Origin: Eledone cirrhosa
Taxonomy: Eukaryota
Reading direction: 5' to 3'
NCBI GenBank assembly: GCA_964016885.1
Contig: OZ024751.1
Span: forward strand, 19,468,001-19,532,000
DNA length: 64,000 nucleotides
Shown here: in pieces, positions 55,344 through 64,000 of the stretch
Layout: each line of letters begins with the position of its first letter
Position numbering within the stretch: the first letter of the stretch is position 1
Made by a program: the position numbers and the translations under genes
Notes under the pieces: model-generated
What the model was told of the DNA's origin: nothing
Databases searched by the model: none
The model's input: the letters and a program-made list of their open reading frames with translations, nothing else

Positions 55344-58300
55344 CATACGTATACATACATACATATATATATACATACATACGTATACATACATACATAT
55401 ATATATACATACATACGTATACATACATACATACATACATACGTATACATACATACATATATATATACATACATATATATGTATACATACATATACATAC
55501 GTATACATACATACATATATATGTATACATACATATATATACATAGATATATATACATAGATATACATACATATATATACATAGATATACAAATATATAT
55601 ATATACATAGATATACATACACATATATACATAGATATACATACACATATATATATATATATATAGACATATAGACACACACACTATACGTATATACACA
55701 TACGTATATATATACATATAGACACACTATATATATATACATATACGTATACGTATATACACATACACACACACACTATATATATATACATATACGTATA
55801 TACACATACACACACACACTATATATATACATATACGTATATACACATACATATATATACATACATAGACACTATATATATATATACATATACGTATATA
55901 CACATATACGTATATACACATATATATATACATACAGACACTATATATATATACATATACGTATATACACATATACGTATATACACATACATATATATAC
56001 ATACAGACACTATATATATATACATATACGTATATACACATACATATATATATATACATACAGACACTATATATATATATATATATATATATACATACAG
56101 ACACTATATATATATATATACATATACGTATATATACACATATATATATACATATAAACACATGCGTTCTTATACACATGCATATGTACGCGTGTTTTTG
56201 AACATGGGGGTGCGGGGTGGAGGGAAAGAAAACCTAAACGGGTGGGGAGGGTGCTGGAAGGAGGGGTGTCTGCGGTAAAAAGGGCGTGGTCAATAGGTGA
56301 CGGCAACAACATTGTATAGAAGGAGAGCTAATGGAGGTGTGAGGGCATGAACGCCGCCACACCGTCCCACCAAACCTAACTACATTGGTCAGCAGGAGAG
56401 AGAGAGAATATATGGTGTGAAGGTAACAGATTGATGATCAATGGAGATAATGGCGGCAATTATAGTGATATAAGGGGCTTTGGGGGGTCCTGGGGGGGGT
56501 AGTGGTGGTGGTGGTGGTTGTAATGGTAGTGGTGGTGGTTGCAGTGGTTGTGGTGGTAGTGGTAGTGGTTGTGGTGGTAGTGGGTGGTAGTGGTGGTGGT
56601 GGTGGTTGTAATGGTCGTGGTGGTGGTCGCAGTGGTTGTAATACTGGTGGTTGTGGTGGTAGTGGTAGTGGTGGTAGTGGTGATTGTAATGGTCGCGGTG
56701 GTGGTTGCAGTGGTTGTAATACTGGTGGTGGTAGTGGTTGTGGTGGTAGTGGTTGTGGTGGTAGTGGTAGTGGTTGTAGTGGTGGTGGTGGTGGTGGTAG
56801 TGGTAGTGGTGGTGGTGGTAGTGGTGGTAGTGGTGGTGGTAGTGGTGGTAGTGGTGGTGGTAGTGGTGGTAGCAGTGGTTGTAGGGGTGATAATGAAGAC
56901 AGCTTGGTGGCCAATCAATGAATATAGTGAAGCCGATGGTTGTAGTGGTGGTGGTGCTGATTTTAGTGTGGTTGTGGTGGTTGTGGTGGTGGTAGTGGTT
57001 GTAGTGGTGGTGGTGCTGATTTTAGTGTGGTTGTGGTGGTTGTGGTGGTTGGGGTGGTGGTAGTGGTTGTAGTGGTGGTGGTGCTGATTTTAGTGTGGTT
57101 GTGGTGGTTGTGGTGGTTGGGGTGGTGGTAGTGGTTGTAGTGGTGGTGGTGCTGATTTTAGTGTGGTTGTGGTGGTTGTGGTGGTTGGGGTGGTGGTAGT
57201 GGTTGTAGTGGTGGTGGTGCTGATTTTAGTGTGGTTGTGGTGGTTGTGGTGGTTGGGGTGGTTGTAGTGGTTGTAGTGGTGGTGGTGCTGATTTTAGTGT
57301 GGTGGTGGTTGTAGTGGTGGTTGTAGTGGTGGTGGTGCTGATTTTAGTGTGGTTGTAGTGGTTGTGGTGGTTGTAGTGGTGGTAGTAGTTGTAGTGGTGG
57401 TGGTTGTAGTGGTTGTGGTGGTTGTGATTTTAATGTGGTTGTGGTGGTTGTAGTGGTGGTGGTGGTTGTAGTGGTGGTGGTTGTTGTAGTGGTGGTTGTT
57501 GTAGTGGTGGTTGTTGTAGTGGTGGTTGTTGTAGTGGTGGTTGTTGTAGTGGTGGTTGTTGTAGTGGTGGTGATTTTAGTGTGGTTGTAGAGGTGGTGGT
57601 GGTGGTTGTGATGGTTGCAATGGTGAAGCCAATGGTTGCAATGAGTGGTGGAGGGCTTAGATGGATTTAAGATGGATTTAAGATAGATACACAGGGAGAG
57701 AATAGATAGACAGAAGGGAGAGACAGACAGGGAGAGACAGGGAGAGATAGATAGATAGATAGAGAAAGAAAGTGTCAACATTATTGGTCTGAGACAAAGT
57801 GACAGTGACAACAACATTGAAATGTGTGTGGAAGGTGGGGGGGGGGGTCTCCCAACAGATGAACCAATGGATGGTGGGTTGGAAGAGTGAGAAAATTATA
57901 TATATACATATATATATATATACATAATATACATTATACATATATATATAAATATATATATATAATATATATGTATATATAATATACAGACATATATATA
58001 TATATATATATAATATAAAGACATATATATATATGTATATATAATATAAAGACATATATATATATATATATATATAATATACAGACATATATATATATAT
58101 ATATGCATATATAATATACAGATATATATATATATAATATACAGATATATATATATATAATATACAGATATATATATATATAATATACAGATATATATAT
58201 ATATATAATATACAGATATATATATATATATAATATACAGATATATATATATATATAATATACAGATATATATATATATATAATATACAGATATATATAT

Positions 58301-58426
58301 ATATAATATACAGATATATATATATATAATATACAGATATATATATATATAATATACAGATATATATATATATAATATACAGATATATATATATATAATA
58401 TACAGATATATATATATATAATATAC

Positions 58427-58468
<42 letters not shown>

Positions 58469-58474
58469 CAGACA

Positions 58475-58508
<34 letters not shown>

Positions 58509-58518
58509 ATATACAGAC

Positions 58519-58551
<33 letters not shown>

Positions 58552-58558
58552 ATATACA

Positions 58559-58611
<53 letters not shown>

Positions 58612-58633
58612 CAGACATATATATATAATATAC

Positions 58634-58664
<31 letters not shown>

Positions 58665-59240
58665 GCATATATAATATATAGACATATATATATATATATA
58701 TATATATCTGAACACTTTCTAAGTGGAAGAGGAGCTGAGAGTGGTGGAGGAGAGAGAGAGAGAGAGGGGGGGGGGGGTCATTGTCAAAGAAATCAAAACC
58801 CCTTTTTTTTCCTGTTCCTTTCTATTTGACTCAGAGAATAGACAGAAATGGTGATCGGCACTAAAAGGGTCACTACTTTTGTACAATGGCTGGTGATGGT
58901 GGTGGTGGTGGTGGTAGTGACATGGCTGTAGTGGTGGTGGTGGTGGTATTGCAGTTGGTGGTGGTGGCGGTGATGGTGGTATTTGAGGTGGGGGGTGGGG
59001 ATGTTATTGCAGTTATTATTGGTGTTACTATTGTTAGAATTGTTGGTCGTCTTCATCGTTGGGGTGATAGTGGTGGTGACAATAGTGGTGGGGTGGATAA
59101 TGGTGGTGGTGGGGGGTGGATAATGGTGGTGGTGGGGGGTGGATAATGGTGGTGGTGGGTGGATAATGGTGGTGGTGGGGTGGATAATGGTGGTGGTGAT
59201 AATGGTGGTGGTGGTGGGGATAATGGTGGTGGTGATGAAG
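55300..59240. repeat. (TA/TACA)n, (GGT/GTA/GTT)n including a ~63-bp unit near 56950-57350, and (taatatacaga(ta)n) repeats
   Basis: Direct inspection. Confidence 0.85.
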
Positions 59241-59612
59241 ACAACCAAACCCAAACAAACCAAACCAATACAAACCAACATCAGATTGAATGGAGAGAGT
59301 TAAAAAGGAGGACAAGAAATATATTTTTTTTGTTCATCGGATCTACATTTGTTCATTCACACAATCATTTTGTGTGCGAGTGTGAGAGAGTCAGAGTGTG
59401 AGTGTGAGAGAGTCAGAGTGTGAGTGTGAGTGTCAGAGTGTGAGTGCAAGTGTCAGTGTGTGTTATAAAGAGTTACCCAACAGAGTATGGTTATAATTGT
59501 CGGAGTCCCGACTATTTATAACACACACACTCACTCACATATATATATATATATATATATATATTCCAGCTTTCGTTTTTTTTACTCTCACTTATTCTTT
59601 TCTCTTATTCTA

Positions 59613-59648
59613 TCTTCCGATGAAAGACTAACATCCGAAACGTTAAAA
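59613..59648 (+). other. Degenerate copy of the 5624-type hammerhead
   Basis: tctt-CCGATGA-aagactaacatcc-GAAACGTT-aaaa. Flanks resemble 5600-5730. Confidence 0.5.
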
Positions 59649-59715
59649 CTCTTTTCCTACAATGTCAGGTATTTCTCTAATATATATCACCATTATATTG
59701 TATTCGGAGCATGCA

Positions 59716-59755
<40 letters not shown>

Positions 59756-59919
59756 GTCGATCGACTTTCGTCAAATCAGACCGAGGAAACAATGTTTCTG
59801 TCGGTCTTTCCAATTGCTAATATTCTCTATCGGTCGCAACATAACGCATCGCCCGGTCTAAGAATCGAACTCACAACCTCACGATTGCGAATCCAATTCT
59901 CTTACCACTCAGCCACATG

Positions 59920-59977
<58 letters not shown>

Positions 59978-60057
59978 AATGAAAAATGGCGTGCTGTGTT
60001 GTTACAAATGTGATATACAAATTAAAATGAAGAATTAGAAATAGAAGCCAGGACTAT

Positions 60058-60101
<44 letters not shown>

Positions 60102-60109
60102 TATATATC

Positions 60110-60772
60110 TAGGGCAACAGACCAGTGTCTGTCCTTAGCGCATCAACATACGTTAACCTTGGTATTCCTCTTCCAGTGTGTCCATGTAGGGGCTCCCACA
60201 GGAGCACCGAGTGCAATGTCAACTCTGGACGTCGGTGAGCATGTCCAGCTAACCTCAGTCTCCTCTGTCACTTTTGAGCTGACTCTTGGGAGGCTCCCAT
60301 ACAGCTCTGAGTTTTTCATCCTCAGTGTATACTGATTAATGTTCAGAGCCATCCTCAGCATTCTCGTGTAGCACCCATCCACCATCTGAGTGAGTTTCTT
60401 GGTCAGTGTCCAAGTCTCAGACCCGTACAGCAGCACAGACTCCATTACAGCAATGAAGAGGCGGACCTTCAGGTCTTCATGAAGGTCCGACTTCCACACC
60501 AATCTCAAGCTGTGGCACGCCGCCCAGGCTTTGCTCTTCCTCTCAACCACATAATCTTCCGTATTCCCAATCTTTGCTCCCAAATACAGGAAGTCCTCAA
60601 CCAATTCCAGCGGCTTCCCGCCTACATTAGTGATCCCCTCTGGCCTCTCAACATTCTCTACCAGATATTTTGTTTTAGTCTCATTCATTCTCAGCCCCAC
60701 ACTCATCGACACAGTCTCAACCTCCCGCATCAAATCCTCTGCCTCCTTCACTGTATTTGTCACCAAAACTAT
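60110..60772 (-). mobile_element. RTE-clade LINE reverse-transcriptase C-terminal fragment (pseudogenised)
   Basis: IVLVTN...GLRMNETKTKYL...LELVEDFLYLGAKI...KAWAAC..L..VWKS...VLLYGSETWTL...DGCYTRMLRMALNI. Frameshifted near the 3' end and truncated by (TA)n just after the expected xADD motif. Confidence 0.85.
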
Positions 60773-60786
60773 GTATATATATATAT

Positions 60787-60963
60787 AACAAAGGAAGTGT
60801 GGTAAGTCACCAGGTGGACCATAACACACCAAAGTACTCAATACTGTGTAATAGAGTGGGTAATAGGAAAAGAGTCAGGACCCCGACGGCCGAGCTCCAG
60901 CCGTTTCGACAGCTAGGTCTGTTGAAACGGCCGGAGCTCAGCCGTCGGGGTCCCGACTCTTTT

Positions 60964-60968
<5 letters not shown>
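60787..60968. mobile_element. Family A element with terminal fold-back
   Basis: gtttcgacag ctaggt ctgttgaaac turn. (TA)n flanks. Confidence 0.78.
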
Positions 60969-60997
<29 letters not shown>

Positions 60998-61839
60998 GTA
61001 ATAATAAATTTAAAGACTAAAATCCAAAGAGGGCTCGATAAGGATAAATATATGTCAAATATATAAGAACCGTAGAGCAAATATTTATTAAAATAACAGA
61101 TTAAAGTGAAACTCAGAAGATCCCGTTAAGGGTGAAAGCAGCGATTCTTTGCTTAAACTTTAATCTGTTATTTTAATAAATATATATTAAAATGTGTAAA
61201 TGTGGTTGGTGTTAGGAAGGGCATCCAACTGTAGAAAACCTGCCAGACAGTCCTATGCGAGCAAGACAATCACTCTTGCCTCAAGTGGGAAAACCCCCGT
61301 CCAAACCCATGCAAGCGTGGAACACGGACGTTAAACGTTGATGATGATATATATAATATATCCCAAATACATCACGGTTGACATTTTCGAGGGTCTGTGG
61401 TTCAATGGAGAGAAAGAAGGCAGTGGTTGGAAGGGGTGAAATGGTCGTTCGCATTTGTTCCTCTTTTTCTCACCATTATCCACCCTTCATCACTCTCTCT
61501 CTCTCTCTCTCTCTCTTCCAACAAACTCTTCATTTATTATACACCACTCCACGCCACTACGATGCTCACTCATACACACGCATACACACACTATCACTCA
61601 CTCTCACACACACACACACACTCTCCCTGATATCATTCAGAAAATGCTTGAGTGTTGGATAAAAACACACGCTACAAATATACAAACACATATCAATAAA
61701 TAAATAAAAGATTATATATATATATATATATATATATTTAGCGAGAGAGAGAGACATGTTGTTCTAGTGTTTGGCTGCCATTACAGCTAGTAGTGCCACC
61801 TACCTTAACAGGGGTCAGTAACTTCACTCAACTTCCACA

Positions 61840-62350
61840 CACTCAAACAACACAACACAACACAACATAGCATACAAAACACATCTCACAACTCCAACAT
61901 ATCTCCCAACACATCTCACAAAACAACGCCTAACAACACCCAACACATCTCCCAACACCCAACAACACACAACTCAGAACACCCCACAACACAACACATC
62001 TCCCAACACAACTCACAACACCCAACACAACACAACTCCCAACACAACTCACAACACCCAACACAACACATCTCCCAACACAACTCACAACACCCAACAC
62101 AACTCACATCTCACAATACCCAACACATCTCCCAACACCCCACAACACAACACAAAACACCCCACAACACAATACCCAACACATCTCTGAACACCTCACA
62201 ACACATCTCTGAACACCCCCAACTCACATCACCCCACAACACAATACATCTCCCAACACCCCACAACACAACTCACAACACATCTCTCAACACCCCACAA
62301 CACAACTCACAACACATCTCTCAACACAACTCACATCACCCCCACAACAC
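61840..62350. repeat. CA-rich degenerate minisatellite
   Basis: (caacacatctcccaacac/acaactcac)n. Confidence 0.8.
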
Positions 62351-62658
62351 AGCCTAATATCAATAAGATTACATATAACAAAATTAACATCTTTTCCATT
62401 CTTTAAATGACAACTTTTCATCCTCCACTTCTTCAAACAGTAACACAAACACACACAGACAGACAAATACATACCAACAGTACACATACACACACACAAA
62501 GTACATACATATACATAGACAAATAGCACATACAGTACACGCAGTACATACATAGACACACAGTGCACACCCATACAACCATCACTTTATAGAAAACCTC
62601 AAACACCAACCAACATATCATTATAGCATTGTTCTAGAAATTTCACCAGAGAGAAAAT

Positions 62659-62711
<53 letters not shown>

Positions 62712-62715
62712 TTTT

Positions 62716-62757
<42 letters not shown>

Positions 62758-63557
62758 ATATATAAAAAAAATTTGTTTTACACACACACAAATCCACACA
62801 CACACACACAAATATAGACAAACAATTTATAAAAACCAATCGTTTTGTTTCGCACACACACACACAATCGTTTTGTTTCACACATACAGACACATATATA
62901 CACACCTTTCTCTTCGATCTTCGTCACCAACCTCCCCCCACTGCTCCTTACCTCCCTATCCCACCAACACCACACGTCTCATCAGTCTCTCATACATTAT
63001 TTTATGTATTTCTTTCAAAGAGGTGCTTCAAACATCTGCCTTACTACGGCACTTTTTTTTTGCGGGGGGGGGGGGGGGGGCTTTTGGCTTGTTATTGTTG
63101 CTATTTGTTGTTTGTTATTGTTTGTTTGTTGTTATTGTTATTGTTGTTTGTTGTTATTGTTGTTTGTTCCAAGGCGGAGATTTTTGTTGTTGTTTGTTTG
63201 TTTTATATCTTTTATTGCCAATATGATGGGTACTAATAGCAAAACACCCAACTTAAACATGAAAAAATAAATATATATATATATATATAATAAAATAGTA
63301 ACACCACCACACTATACTACACTACACTACACAAAGCACTGACCGCACCCCCCACCCCCCCACCCGCCCCCAACAAATAATAACAACAATAATAACAATA
63401 ACAATAGTAATAACAATAGTAATGGTAGTAGTAGTAGTAGCAGTAATAATAATAATAATGATGGTAATGATAAATTATCAAAGAACCTTTTTAATGGTTT
63501 TGGCAGCAGCAAACAAACTAAAGATGAAATATGTGTAAAATATAAAATAAAAATAAA

Positions 63558-63588
<31 letters not shown>

Positions 63589-63689
63589 TAAAAGGTGGGA
63601 GGAGAGATTTAGATAGATTTTCCTGTATTTTATATTATATTATATATTTATGTTCATTTCTTTATTGTGACATTATTATATAGACACAC

Positions 63690-63725
<36 letters not shown>

Positions 63726-64000
63726 TTTCCTGGATAAGATAACTTGGTGAGGAACCAGCTACTTGTTATACAAATTTTCTGCAGAGAACTTTTCAGAGAT
63801 TGTTTTCTAAAAGGGAAAACACACAGTGTACGTGCATATATATATATATTATATATATATATATATATATTATATGGCACAAGACCATTTCTAAATGGTC
63901 TGAAATGTTGGCAAAAAGTTTAGCAAACAACTTAGCCTCCATATACAGACTTTCTTAAACTACTTCACACCTTTTAAAGTGTGTATTTGTGTGTGTGTGT

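Noticed and set aside
61108-61150. CAGAAGA-tccc gttaa ggg-t-GAAA inside an inverted repeat (family also at about 503-580 and 17812-17890)
   Set aside because: The core is mutated and no stem III or NUH is recognisable. Too weak to call.

Overview
Eukaryotic, repeat-saturated genomic DNA. The SINE and microsatellite make-up suggests a coleoid cephalopod (octopus-like), which is an inference. The only host-gene content I can support is two in-frame minus-strand exons of SCAPER (47768-47914 and 38137-38374), so the rest of the window is probably large SCAPER introns. These are filled with (TA)n/(CA)n/(GA)n/(ACC)n microsatellites, several minisatellites, about 20 copies of a tRNA-derived SINE, fragments of a Tx1/L1-like and an RTE LINE, a Helitron end and MITEs. 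Nearly all long ORFs in the supplied track are translations of simple repeats. The most notable hidden signal is a population of short, (TA)n-embedded non-coding elements carrying minimal type I hammerhead-ribozyme motifs (CUGANGA...GAAA...NUH with a palindromic stem III), as known from Penelope-like elements and retrozymes. I count about 9 complete or near-complete cores plus several half or degenerate ones. Many copies are fold-back palindromes whose turning point lies on a ribozyme hairpin. One adjacent same-strand pair (32749-33171) could form a double hammerhead releasing a ~358-nt RNA. Two satellites appear to be amplified functional-RNA modules: 60 x 35 bp from a tRNA/SINE A-box half, and ~17 x 42 bp from a hammerhead core. 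All structure calls were made by eye and none were computed.
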